The position numbers were made by a program, and so were the translations under genes. 64,000 bases of DNA from Octopus vulgaris (lineage: Eukaryota). The first letter of the stretch is position 1. Every line of letters begins with the position of its first letter. Below the pieces are notes generated by a model. That model was not told the origin of the DNA and searched no databases. It was given only the letters and a program-made list of their open reading frames with translations. This document shows, piece by piece, positions 25,701-39,212 of this stretch. The stretch spans positions 162,626,001-162,690,000 of the forward strand of contig OX597815.1 in NCBI GenBank assembly GCA_951406725.2. The letters are read 5' to 3'.

Positions 25701-27327
25701 TACATACATATGTACATACATATATGCATCTATACACACACAAACACACATACATACATTCATACATACATATGTATGTGCATGCGTAGACATATGCATG
25801 CATATGTATAAAACGAAATCAACCCCAGCAGTCATTCACAAGCTGGTATGACTTGATAGCATGTATCATGCTTTCACTAATTATTTCAGGCACCTGTGTA
25901 GTCACAGGTGGACATAGACATTCTCAGTCCTCCTGCCTCTGACCCAGCAAAATAATAGAAGGAGCGAAGGCTGCACCAGCACTCAAGTGGAACTCATTTT
26001 CAATGGAGTAGACTAGAGTAATGTAAAATAAAGTATTTTACTCAAGAACATAACACACCACCTGATTCAGGAATTGAACCCATGACCTGATGGCAGTGAG
26101 TAAAACACCTTAACCACTAGACCTCACACATATACACATATACAAAGGCATAAGACCTTTTGCTTTTGTAGCAGAAAAACTGGCACGCTGATAGACTGAC
26201 TTGTTTGTCTTTTAAGAGTTAATAAAATAAATATCAGAAACAATATGATTTTTTTATCAATGTATCACTTCTCTAGTTACTATTGACCTTTGTTAATTTA
26301 TTTGTATGTCTGGGTTGTCTCATGTCATATCAGAATATATCACTTTAAGACAGCCATGCATTAGATAGCATGGACCAAAAGATTTTGTATTGTTTACTCT
26401 CTGTACAGATTATGATATAACATATTCACTGTATAATCACCATTGCCATAAATCACCAATGTGTCTGATTCCCAGTCTCTTTCACAATATATTTCTATAA
26501 AATATGATGACTATTTCTACAGCTAAGAAAATGTCACTGCATAAGATTTGATACTTACAAACAAAGCCTATTCATATATGAAAATAAATAATTTATCTTA
26601 ATCATCATTCTAAAGGCATTTAATGGTAAATAGCTTCATAAATGTTAGAACCATTATACAAGTCATACATCTCATCGACTAACTTAAATTTGAAATTCTG
26701 GATTACATTCAAGCTGTATCTGATCTCTGTTTCCATTTCCATTCTTATTACTCTCTTGCCATGCATCACAGAACTACACTTTTCCAACCATATCAATCTT
26801 GGTTTGTTTAGATAACACACCATCAATTTATAATAACTTTCTTGAAGTGAGCAATCATCTTTTGAGCTACATATTTTCTATTTGTTTTAAACAGTCAGTT
26901 CAATGAGCTTGTTTGTAGAATGGCTTAAGAAAAACAAAAAACAAACAAACAAAAAAAAACAAAAAAAACATAGGAAATACATAGTTAATTATTATGGATA
27001 TTTAATTCTTTAAAATGAATCATGGCAATTAAATTTTACAGATAATATTAAGTTATCAATCAAGGTACCAATAAAATAAAGAAAATATTACAAAATGAAT
27101 TTAAGAAATTTTTTTTTCAAATAATGAGTAATAAGATGTGTATTCTAAAAATGTTTAATAGTATCTTATTTTAAAATCAATTTTTTTCTTTAATTAATCA
27201 AGAATTTTTAATAAGCTTTACTTCTCAAGTGATCTTCCTCCTGTAGTAGTTTTAATTTAGCGAATAAACTCAGTGACAAATCAATACAGTTACTTCCCAT
27301 TGAATAACTGTAACATAGCTCAATGGT

Positions 27328-27776
27328 GGGATCTTTTCGGTTTGACTGGCAGTTTTTTAAAAATAATTTCCACGTAACTAAACACTTTTAAACTTCATAT
27401 ACTGGTAGAATGTGTTTATAAAACATCTTTTTCTCTTGGCTTTATTGAGAACATTCTATAGTTTGTAAGATATTTGTTGTTTTTTTTTTCAATTTCTGCA
27501 ATTTCAACCAATCAATGACATCTATTGAGGTGAAAACATTCTGTGCCGTATGAATATGTCCTTCATTTAAGAAACAGATTGGGTTTATTTACACTTCCGA
27601 AGAAAAAAAGATACCCTTCCTCCCCATCCCTAACCCTAACCCTAACTCACCCTAACTAACCCTAACTCTAACCCTAACCCTAAAACAGATTGAAATGCAA
27701 TAGATCGATACTAGGGTCATAATTATGGGTGACAATTTCATATGACACCGCTAGAAAAAACTGCTGGTCAAACCGA
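27328..27776. mobile_element. TIR MITE carrying (CCCTAA)n
   Basis: TCGGTTTGACTGGCAGTTTTTT (27337) vs AAAAAACTGCTGGTCAAACCGA (27755-27776), 20/22 match; telomere-type repeat at 27628-27683. Confidence 0.8.
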
Positions 27777-28139
27777 GTATTCAGTTGTTTGATCAACTGG
27801 ATTCTTACCTGTGGAATTAGTGCCTTTGTAGCTGAATTTTCTATGGCATATGTAAGGTGGTTGGTATTAGGAAGGACGTCCAGCTGTCAAAACCCTGCCA
27901 AAACAGGCAGTGAGGCCTGGTGCTATCTTCTGCTTAGCTAACCCCTGTCAAACTGTCCAACCCATGCCAGCATGGAAAACAGATGTTAAATGATGATGAT
28001 GATGATGACAATGATTATGATGACAATGATGATAATGATGATGATGTCGTAATTTTAAGATCAAATCAGTATGACACTATGTGATAAGCTTGGATCTTTA
28101 AATTTCAGGTACAATCTAGAAAGAAAGAGAGAAAATGAG

Positions 28140-28143
28140 AGAG

Positions 28144-28195
<52 letters not shown>

Positions 28196-28695
28196 AGAAG
28201 AAGAAGAAGAAGAAGAAGAAGAAGAAGAAGAAGAAGAAGAAGAAGAAGAAGAAGAAGAGGAGAGGAAAAGAAAGAAGAAAAGAAGCAAAAGGAGAAGGAA
28301 AAGAAGAAGAAGAAGATGATGATGATGATGAAGAAGAAGAAGAAGAAGAAGAAGAAGAAGAAGAAGAAGAAGAAGAAGAAGAAGAAGAAGAAGAAGAAAA
28401 GAAGAGGAGAGGAAAAGAAAGAAGAAAAGAAGCAAAAGGAGAAGGAAAAGAAGAAGATGATGATGATGATGATGATGAAGAAGAAGAAGAAGAGGAGAGG
28501 AAAAGAAAGATGAAAAGAAGCAAAAGGTGAAGGAAAAGAAGAAGATGATGATGATGATGATGATGAAGAAGAAGAAGAAGAAGAAGAAGAAGAAGAAGAA
28601 GAAGAAGAAGAAGAAGAAGAAGAAGAAGAAGAAGAAGAAGAAGAAGAAGAAGAAGAAGAAGAAGAAGAAGAAGAAGAAGAAGAAGAAGAAGAAGA
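28140..28695. repeat. (GA)n/(GAA)n/(GAT)n purine tract with a threefold higher-order unit
   Basis: GAGGAGAGGAAAAGAAAGA.GAAAAGAAGCAAAAGG.GAAGGAAAAG at ~28257, ~28404 and ~28492. Confidence 0.95.
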
Positions 28696-28699
28696 GTCA

Positions 28700-30190
28700 G
28701 TCCTACAAAATACACTTTCCACATAAGGATGGTGGCTGTGGTCTCAAATCTGTATTGATGTCATATGAAGTATGCATTGTGACACTGAAGCAACATCTGC
28801 AGCAGAGGCAAGAAGACCAGTAAACTATCTTACCCAAGTCTGTGACCATGAAATCAAAAACATAATTAGGATAGCTAATGAACTTGAGGAGAGGCATGGA
28901 ATAATAACTGATACAGATCTCTCTCCAAGGAGCATTGGCAAAATCTATTTATCAGAGGAACAAAATGGAAAAAATGGATCAGTTCACTAAAAATATAGTA
29001 CATGGGTACTTGACATGAAAAATACAAACCATAGAATGGACTGATCATGTCAAAAGCTTGGCATGGAGTACTGACAAGTTTATGACATCCCATTTTGAAG
29101 GCTACATCCACGCAATCCAAGAACAAGAGATCGTCACCAAGTACTTACAGCACAAAAAGCGCCGTCCAAGAATTTGGACCTGGAGATCTCCATTTCCAGT
29201 AACTTCAGGGGCCATCTCCCAGTGGTGTCGGACGTCAACGAAGAGCCCTCGACTACAACAAGACAACCAAAGTTTTTTTTTTTCCAAGGTCTGGGGTCTC
29301 CCATCCCTAAGCCCTAGACCATCACCTAATCACCCTTACCTGTTTTGTTGCTTAACAACAACAACAATAACAGCACAAAAGGCAGAAAACATTGACAGAC
29401 AACAAATGTAGGTTGTGCAAGACCAAGACTGAAGACATCAACCACATTAATGCCAACTGTGAAAGAATGTCTTCTAGATATTGTCTTCCCAGGCAGCACG
29501 ATATGGTGGCCAGAACAGTCTGGAAGAGGATAACGAAAAAGATAACACTTACAGTTGACGTTGACTATATTGAGACCAATGGGTCAAAAGAATATTGGTG
29601 TAACTTAAAAAGTAAAACAGCCACCAATTAAAACAAAACTGGCCAAATATTGTTGTGTGGGACCACAAGGGAAAATATGTTCTGTTGCAGAAATCAGCTG
29701 CACTCTTGACACTAATGAGCAAGCTGTTGAAATGAGTTGTGATGTCACAGGTGCCAAACTGTATCAGCTTTTGCCTTTCCCTTGGATAACATCAGTGGCA
29801 TGGAGAGGAGAGACTGGTATGTTCTGTTGCAGAAATCAGCTGGTTCAAAAAATACAAGAGAAAGGGGACATCGAGGGACCATTGATAACGAGTTTGAAAA
29901 TATAGTACCCGAGATACACTTTTAGCTTCATACCTATTATTATTGGTGCAACAGGATACACACCATTTGGAGCAAAGTATAGCAGAACTTGAATTTTTGA
30001 GGAGAGAATGCAAAATCTTAATTCATACATTATAAATGATCGCAATATCTAAGATTATAAAAATCTGCAAGACCTTCTTAAGATTTAAAGGATGATGAAC
30101 AAAACAAGTTGCTTTCTTTCACAACTTTGCTACCAAGCATGTGGCTGGTCAAAATTTATTCTAAACTAAGAAGAGAAAAAGAACATACAT
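28700..30190 (+). mobile_element. R4/Dong-like LINE 3' ~1.2 kb (RT thumb, CCHC finger, RLE) with two insertions
   Basis: KDGGCGLKSV...TSHFEGYIHAIQEQEIVTKYL...DNKCRLCKTKTEDINHINANC...QHDMVA...EISCTLDTN...FIPIIIGATG...KICKTFL; ends in ACATACAT. Confidence 0.85.
29158..29369 (+). mobile_element. Unclassified 5'-truncated retro-insertion with (CAA)n tail
   Basis: 11-bp TSD ACAGCACAAAA at 29147-29157 and 29370-29380. Confidence 0.75.
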
Positions 30191-31287
30191 ACATACATAG
30201 TACATATGTACTTATGTACGTACATATATACATACATACATACATACATACACACACACATGTCATCAAAAGAAAATTGCTTTAGAGTAGATGTTGACAG
30301 AACCTTTTTCATATTGCTAATAATTGTGAACAATATAAAATCCATTTAAGAAGTGACATCATCAAAATCTAGTTAATAAAATATGACAAGCTGCAACAGA
30401 TATTTTTAAATAAATAATTTCATTTTCTAAGTTTAAAACATTTTTCTTCTGTATATATCATAATTGTTCTACTTAAAAATTCTTTTAAGAAAAAGTATGG
30501 ATTCTTTCAGATGTAGAAAGACAATTCCAAATAACTTTATGTCTTATATGGCATTTCTGATATCAAGATCTAACTCATATTCTTTATCTAAGACAGAGCC
30601 TGAGTTTCTTTCCCCCCACTAACCTTTGAATCATGCAGACAAGCATAAACAGTTAAAAAGAGACCCCCAGATAAAATCAGTTCAGAGATTTATGAAGGTC
30701 CCAAAAACAAAAATAAATCTCTATATTCATGCAAACTAATGAATTATTATGAATATGAAATTTAATAGAATCATACTTGTAGTCTTATTTAGAAACAGTC
30801 AGCTTGTGTCAAATCTCTGTCTCCTTCTTACTCTCTCTTGTTTTCTCTTGTTCTCTACTGCTCTCTCTCTTCCTTTCTCTGTCTTTCTGTTTATTATGCA
30901 GACATAAATTTAATCAAAGTTTGATAATCAAAAGACATTTGTGTCTGACAAAAAAAGAATTAAGGCTTCAAAATCATGCATTATCTCTTTCAGATAAAGA
31001 TACAACTTTACATAAAAGGCATACAGCAACAGCGACAATATCATCATCATCAACAACAACAACAACAGCAACAACACTAACAGCGAGATATAGAATAGTG
31101 AAAAATCATTTTAGAAAATATTTCATACACTAAAAAAACTTTGAGAAAAACACAAAAGTGGAAGGAAAATTGTTGAATTCTCTAAAGACTACATTATTGA
31201 TTCAAACATTGACACACACACACATACACACACTCACACATTTATGCATACATACATACATATATACAGACATACAACCTGTATAAC

Positions 31288-31347
<60 letters not shown>

Positions 31348-31436
31348 CTGAGAGAGAGAGAGGGGAAGAGAGAGAGAGAAATAGATAGATAAATAAATAG
31401 ATGGATTGATAGATAGATAGATAGATAGATAGACAT

Positions 31437-31473
<37 letters not shown>

Positions 31474-32591
31474 CAGATAGATAGACAGATAGATAGACAT
31501 ATAGTTTTCTGGATGTAAACTGAAGGAACTATATTCTTGTATACACACACGCAAACATATATGCATACATACACTTACATATAATATATGTGTGCGCATG
31601 TGTGTGTGTGTGTGTGTGTGCGTGCGTGCGTGCGTGAGGAGTCACACGGCTTAGTGGATAGAATGTTGCACTCATGATCGTAAGTTTGTGATTTCAATTC
31701 CTGGACTAAGCAATGTGTTGTGTTCTTGAGCAAAACACTTTATTTTACATTGCTCCAGTTCACTCAGCAAAAACTGAGTAATCCTGTGACAGACCAGCAT
31801 CTCATCTAGTTGGAGAATATATATAGCACAGAATCTGGGAATCTAGCCTTATGGGCCTATGGTTTGCAAAGCGCCTTTGATCTTGGATAAGTGTCTCCTA
31901 GTATAACCCTGGATCAGCTAAAATCCTTTGAATTTAAGCAAATGTCCAGTCCACTTGCTTATTTCAGCCCCGCCTGTTATTTGGGATCTGAGAGTATATA
32001 TATATATATATATATATGATGGGATACTTTCAATTTCCATCTGCCAAATCCACTCACAAAGTTTTGGTTGGATTAGTAGAAGACACTTGCTCAAGGTGTC
32101 ACACAGTGGGACTGAATCTAGAACCATGTAGTTGGGAAGCAAGCTTCTTACCACACAGCCACACCTGCGCCTCTATAAATACACACACACACAAACATAT
32201 ACATATTACATACATACATACATACATATATATATGTATATATATGTATATGCATGTATTTGTGTATGTGTCTTTCTGTCTGTGTTTGTCCCCCTCCCCC
32301 ATGCTTGACAACTGATGCCGGCGTATTTATGTCCCCATAACTTAGCGGTTCGGTAGGAGAGACCGATAGACTAAGTACTAGGCTTACAAAGTATAAGTCC
32401 TGGGGTTGATTTCTTTGACTAAAACTCTTTAAGGCAATGCTCCAGAATGGTTGCAGTCAAACAGTCAAACGACTGAAACAAGCGAAAGAATATATGTATA
32501 TATATATATATATAAAAACATGGTTGTGCAGTTAAGAAGTTTGTTTCCTGACTAAGTGTATATATAATATATATAAAACATATATGTATAT

Positions 32592-33900
32592 ACCGTCATG
32601 CACACATTTATTGGCACCCTTTTCAAATATAGGTGTTTATTGAATTTCTTGCTAAAATTAGTATTTATGTAAATAATTTTCGGTCACTGTAGGCAAAATT
32701 GCTGAAGGAACACCAACAAAATTTTAAAATTCCAAAGCAATTTATTTTCATCGAGCAAAACAGAAAAACAAAATAATTGGATGGTTCAAAATTACTGGCA
32801 CCTCTACAGCATTCTATGATTAGCAACCAATAACGTATTCTTTATGCTTAAATAGTTCCTTCAATCTGCAAAGGTTATTTCCAGTTAGCTTCAAGCACTA
32901 ACCAAAAGGGGTTTTAGCTCATTCTTTAATCTCATATGCTACCAGCTGCTTCAAATCAGATGGCTTCTTGCTTTTACTGTTTTCTTTAGTTCCCACCATA
33001 AATTTCCTGTCAGGTTTACACCAAGACTTTGAGCTAGCCATGGGAGTACATCTATCTTGTTTCCTTTCAACTAATTTTGGATTAAGAGTGAAGTATGATT
33101 GGGATCATTGTCCTGCATAAAGGTTGAATGATGTCCTAATCTCAGCTGCTTCAGGTTTTCATTCAAAACATTGAGATAATTCTCGTTTTTCATTGTTCCT
33201 TCATTGATCTTCCTGTGCCTTAAGCAGAAAAAACAGCTCTGAAGCCTTATGCTGTTTCCACCATGTTTGATGGTAGGGATGGCTAATTTTTGAATTGTAG
33301 GCTTCTTATCTTTTCCTCCAAATAATAGTCTTATCATTGTAGGCAAATAACTTGAGTTTACTTTCATCAGACCACAGAACAGAGTACCATAAACAGTCAG
33401 GCTTCTCAGATAATCCCTCGCAAACTTCAAACAAGCAGTTAAGTGCTTCATCTTCAACAATGGCATATTCCACAGGTAGCATGCCTTCAAGCCGCTTTTA
33501 TTGAAAGTTTCAGTAATTGTTGACCTTGAAGCATGAACTTTGATAACTGACAAATTGGCTTTTATCATGACAGTTGATATCTTAGGATCCTTGTTGACCA
33601 TTTTAATTGTCATTTTCTCATTTTAATCTGAAAAGTGTTTCTTCTGCTACATCCATCCTTGTTCTTCAACAAATGGTATCTCAATGCTTCACGATTATGT
33701 TGCAAACAGTTGACCAAGCCATAATGAAATTCTTAGATATTGTTTATGCCCATCCCCAGCTGTGTGAGCATCAACAATCTTCTTCCTTAAATCAGAACTG
33801 TGATCCTGCATCTTCACCATAATGTCGCAGAGAAGATAGTTTGTTGACCAAAACACGGTTGCAAAAAGATTGTGTAAGTGATGCCATATTGTCATGCATT
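32592..33900 (-). mobile_element. Degenerate Tc1-family transposon (IR/DR-type end)
   Basis: MVKMQDHSSDLRKKIVDAH...PTIKHGG...FMQDNDPNHTS...NLWWELK; end motif ATTTATTGGCACCC with inner repeat ATTACTGGCACC at ~32791. Confidence 0.9.
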
Positions 33901-34740
33901 ATTCAAGAAATTTTAGAACATTCTCAGGATAACATAACCTCTATTATTCAACATTAGATTTCACCTTCAAAACACGTTCTAAATATTTTAATTTCCTCCC
34001 TCTTCACACAAAATTCATTTTTTACTTTCCTCAAATATTTTTTCTTGGTAACTCATGGAGAAAAAAACAGAGAGTACAAACCTTTAAGAATTTTACCCAT
34101 CACCTCACCACTTTCAAAAAGCTACACACTCCCAATGTTTCACTTTTAGCATTTTGGAAAGCAGGGAAGTTTCTTCAGAAATAATGTCGTTTACCTGTTG
34201 TTTCTAGCAAGTCAGGTTTTCTGGCAGTGGTCTGGTATTTTTTAGGTTTGCTATTTCAGTAGAATTCTATGCATGTGGGAAACATCAGACAAAAGTGAAA
34301 GCGAGTAGATGATGGGTGAGCGAAGTGGAGGAAGGGGCATTGAGTGTTTCTTTAAGAAAAATTAAACTATAAAAAATATATTTCCCAGATTCATAATCTC
34401 TGTATTTTTCTACTTAGGCTAACAAAGACAAAAAAAAAAAAAAAATTCAAAAAAGTTACAGATTACAAAATTGTGGTGACGATAGGGGAAAATTAAAATT
34501 TTGTAAACGTGATTTCTGGACAAAATCATATTAACCACCTTTTATATGATGAAACAATACATAGTTTGTGATCCTTCTTAAGAACAGGAAGCACTTTCAT
34601 GCAGACCCATGCAAATTGTACCTTCCCCCTTCACTTTTAAACGAACAATAACTTCCATTATGCCACTAATTATATATCAGCTGTGCCAATTCTGCTCATA
34701 AGTAAAGAGCAAATAATACAATGTGCCTGTAGGTCCTAAT

Positions 34741-34770
34741 ACCCAGGCAACGCTAGGATGCATTACTAGT
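34741..34770 (+). mobile_element. Helitron-type 3' terminus (5' end not located)
   Basis: ACCCAGGCAACGCTAGGATGCATTACTAG|T, same motif as 20030-20059. Confidence 0.55.
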
Positions 34771-35482
34771 ATATAATAGAAAATGCCATCTATTACATAA
34801 GACCTTCTCCAGTTAAAACACTTCAAAATATTTTTAAATGTTTTAACTGAGAAATGTCTTATGTAAAAGATGAATTTCTGCTTATATATTTTGCAGACCT
34901 GAAACATACATATTAAATGATTTCAAAATATCACAATTTTGTTTAACATCATTATTACAACTTATACAATTCTATGCGACTACAAAATATCTGGTCTTAC
35001 ACAGACAATCTAACAACAATTTGAAATAGTTTGTTACATTTGACTTGAATCAAAAATTCTAGTACAGTGTAACACAGAAGATTTTAATGAACTCTCTCGA
35101 CCTGGGAAACATTCTTAACTCCGGGACAGAAGTCTTCAGACTCTGCTTGCACTTCAGGAAATTTTTACTAGTGTCCTGAGATCCACACACCAACAGGGTC
35201 AATCATGAATAGCAGCCAAAGGGAGATAATCCCTTGTTGTTGACAGTAACAAAGTCTTTTCACCCTCCATTTTCTGGGGAAGCCACTCACTAGACAAGCC
35301 ATAGGCCAATGGGTTTAGGGCCTGAAGAAATGCTGTAAAAGGTAAGTGATTTATGGACATGAAACCCAGGGTAACCTCATAAACAGGTCATATCTATCTT
35401 TATCGATATACTCTACTGCTCTATAACTTAGAGTGTGCTTCTTTATGGATTTATGATATATATATATATATATATATATATA

Positions 35483-35680
35483 TCATCATCATCATCATCA
35501 TCATCGTTTAACGTCCGTTCTCCATGCTAGCATGGGTTGGACAGTTTGACCGGGGATCTGGGAAGCCAGAAGGCTGCACCAGGCTCCAGTCTTATCTGGC
35601 AATGTTTCTACAGCTGGATGCCCTTCCTAACGCCAACCACTCTGTGAGTGTAGTGGGTGCTTTTTACGTGCCACCTGCAC
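35483..35680 (-). mobile_element. RTE 3' UTR fragment (an inverted partner lies at 35925-36138, +)
   Basis: Tail motif CATCGTTTAACGTCC. Confidence 0.85.
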
Positions 35681-35818
35681 ATATATATATATATACATAT
35701 ATATGAAAAACATTTCTTTATAACTTATTAACTATCTAAAAAGATATCAATTTGAAAAGCAAAATGTCACAAATTTTTTGGGAAATAAGTTTATATATTG
35801 CATGTATTTTGTGGGTAT

Positions 35819-35912
35819 GCACTTTCATTGTTCAACTTTTGGAACTCCTGTTCGGAGTTAATCCAGATTAACTGGGAACATGAGCATTTGAAAAGTCGAA
35901 CAACAAAAGTGC
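35819..35912. other. 94-nt long hairpin
   Basis: GCACTTTCATTGTTCAACTTTT..CTCCTGTTC..AGTTAATC / GATTAACT..GAACATGAG..AAAAGTCGAACAACAAAAGTGC. Confidence 0.8.
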
Positions 35913-36140
35913 TTATACATACATACCACCTGACTGGCCCTCGTGCTGGTGACATGTAAAAGCACCCACTACACTCTTGGAGTGGTTGGCATTAGGAAGG
36001 GCATCCAGCTGTAGAAACTCTGCCAGATCAAATTGGAGCCTGGTGCAACCATCTGGTTTGCCAGTCCGCAGTCAAATTGTCCAACCCATGCTAGCATGGA
36101 AAGTGGACGTTAAACGATGATGATGATGATGATGATGATA

Positions 36141-36173
<33 letters not shown>

Positions 36174-37579
36174 TGTATGTGTGTGTGTGTGTGTATGTAT
36201 GTTTGTATCTATGCATGTATGTATGTATGCATATATCATTTTCAATGGTCATGCGCGATGTACATAAAGTTTTAGATTTCAACATGTAAACACCCTGCAG
36301 TTCAAATGTTGATGGTTGTCAACAGACTCGATCCCACGTCTTATGTAAATGTGACAGACCTTGTTTATAATGTAAACAATATATATATATATGGATACAC
36401 ACACACACACATACTGATACATTTATGCAAAAATTCATGCACATATGTGCACAAACACATATTAGTGCACATCTGTGTCTATTTGTGTTTGTAAGTAAAC
36501 ATATGATCAATTGATAGCATCAATAAAACCCGCATCTTAACTGTACAAACACTTTTGATTCCATCTTATTTTTCAATAGCATTGCAATATTTTCCAATAA
36601 ATTTGCCTCCAACCATATTCTTTGATTGTAGTTTACATTTTCTCTTTTCTTCTTCCTCTGTAATCTTTATTTAATGGTAAGAGAGACTGGTGCAGACACT
36701 CTTACAAAGAATAAAGATAGTTTACATGTTTTTAACTTTGAACCTTCCAAACTAATATTTTTGTTCTTCGTGTCTATTCATAGTCTTTGTTATTTAACTC
36801 CAGGTCATTCCTGATTGAGCATAACACTGATCAAAGCTGTTCATCATTTATTTTCTGTTTTTTATATTCAGTCATGATATATTTAGTAATCCGTTATATA
36901 ATGATTTTGCTCTGTTTTCTGTTTTTCTTTTTCTTTTAAAATACTCAGTTGGAAATTGTTGGAAATTTGGGTGTTCTTTCTGGCAGGTTGAGGTTACCGT
37001 GTTGGTTAGTGCGTTTTTCTTTTTAGAATTGAAATAATGAAAAATTTTATAAAAATTACTTCTGGCATGGCTATATGGTTAAGAAGCTTGCTTTACAAGC
37101 CATGTGGACTGGGTTCAGTCACACTGCACATCACTTTGGGCAGTGTCATCATCATCATCATTATCATTTAATATCTGCTTTCCATCCTGGCATAGGTTGG
37201 ACGGTTTGACTGAGGACTGCCGAGCCATATCGCTGCATCAGACTCCAGTCTACAGCTGGATGCCCTTCCTAATGCCAACCACTGCAGTGGGTGCTTTTAT
37301 GTGTCACCGGCACGAGGGCCAGCCAGGTGGTACTGGCAACAGCCACACTCTAATGGTGTTTTTTATGTGCCACCTGCAGAGGAGCCAGTCCAGCAGCACT
37401 GACAATGACTTCACTCGAATGTTGTTTCTCATGTGCCACTAGCACAAATGTATATATATATATATTTATACACACACACACACATACATATGAGTGTGTG
37501 TAGATAGATAGATGGATGGATGGATGGACAGACAGACATACAGACAGACAGATAGACAGATAGATAGATAGATATATAT

Positions 37580-37647
<68 letters not shown>

Positions 37648-37649
37648 GC

Positions 37650-37756
<107 letters not shown>

Positions 37757-38019
37757 CAGAGCACTGTATGTTTCAAAATTCCAATTATTATGCAGTCTCT
37801 GACCTGTTGGAAATAGTAACCAAGTTTTGCATGAATCACTATTGTTGAATATAGTTCCATATCAGTTTTTTATACTAATTCTTCAGTTAAAACAACTTGC
37901 TTTTTCATTACTGGTCATTCTTCAATGCTACAGAGAGATATATTTTACATCACAGGGTGATGGAGAACCAAGTGATTGTAATCATGGTGGAGCCTGTAGG
38001 TAAAATAAAATATACATCC

Positions 38020-38790
38020 TCTCATGTGGTCATAGGCTAAAAATCTTAGTCTTGTAGTAATTTTTGATATAATTCTTTTTTTGATTAAGCTTAATCTGCA
38101 TTTTCTGTTGCAATTTAAATAAGATTTGTACTTCTCTAAGATTTTTCACTTGATGTAACCCATGGTACTTTCCTTTAATAGTCCTATATGCCCATCCAGG
38201 GCTGTGACATTGTATCTCACCTGGATATTGAAGGATAGTTGTGCAATGTGATTCTGAAAGGACCTTCTGTTGTGCCCACATACTTCTGTCCATTTGACTT
38301 CTCTCTGGGGCCCTTTGACATTATATCTGCTTCATATATAACTGTTTCTATGTTACAGTAGCCATTAAGAGGACATGTGGTTTTGCTTTGGCATGAGCAT
38401 CCTGTCTCTGTCTCAAGTATGGGCCTACCTATTGATATCTCCTTTATGCTAGGTGTATAGCTAAAGGAAACTCTTAAGGGGTGAATATCAAAATTTTACT
38501 GAATTTAGTTGTATAAAGAAATTGTTGATCCAATAAGCTCAGGAAGACCTTACCCATACAAGTTCTTGTGTCAAGGGAGGAGGGAAGTGTGAAAAACAAG
38601 ACTTTTCAGTGGCATTATCTCTTGGAGGGGTTAGTGTTTTGCATGTAACTAATCCTATCCTTAAAACCCCTGGAAGCCAGACCCTTGTTGTAGTATAAGG
38701 TAGTGGAGTTGAACATCTCTTTACCTAAAACACTAAATAGATTTGATTCTCTGTCTGAAGAATTTCTAATGGGAGATATCTTACATGTTT
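38020..38790 (-). mobile_element. Penelope-like element remnant (RT C-terminus, linker, GIY-YIG endonuclease)
   Basis: EMFNSTTLYYNKGLASRGF...MGKVFLSLLDQQF...RVSFSYTPSI...TCPLNGYCNIETVIYEA...KYVGTTEGPF...KILEKYKSYLNCNRKCRLSL. Confidence 0.8.
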
Positions 38791-39017
38791 TCTCCTACAT
38801 GTACAATTTTGTAATTCATATTAGGAAATGAAACATGTAATGTTGAATAAATAATTCTAAAAATTTTCCAATTTCCTTATTTGATTTTATTTCTCTTATG
38901 CACACCTAACACATATATAAGAACATCTGCATACAGATTCAGAATACTTGAATAAGCAAATGTGCTTCAAGAGGGCACAGCTTGGATTTTAACCCTATCT
39001 ACATTTTATATATATAA

Positions 39018-39181
39018 AGTGCAGGCATGGCTGTGTGGTAAGAAGCTTGCTTCCTAAGCACGTGATTCTGGGTTCAGTCCTACTATGTGACATCTTGGGC
39101 AAGTGTCTTCTACTATAGTCTCAGGCTGACCAAAGCCTTGTTAGTGGATTTGGTAGATGGAAACTGAAAGAAGGCTGTCAT

Positions 39182-39212
<31 letters not shown>

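Noticed and set aside
27628-27683. True telomere or chromosome-fusion scar
   Set aside because: Short, single orientation and internal to a TIR element.
30600-31150. Non-repetitive stretch with octamer-like motifs and a CT tract (promoter or 5' UTR?)
   Set aside because: Such motifs are expected by chance in AT-rich DNA; there is no independent support.
35070-35348. Possible coding exon ending at AAG|GTAAGT
   Set aside because: All three frames have stops within ~35 nt upstream of the donor. A non-coding exon cannot be excluded.
35904-35915. AAAAGTGCTTA resembling miR-17/106 family 5' ends
   Set aside because: The match is short, lies at the hairpin base, and that family is vertebrate.
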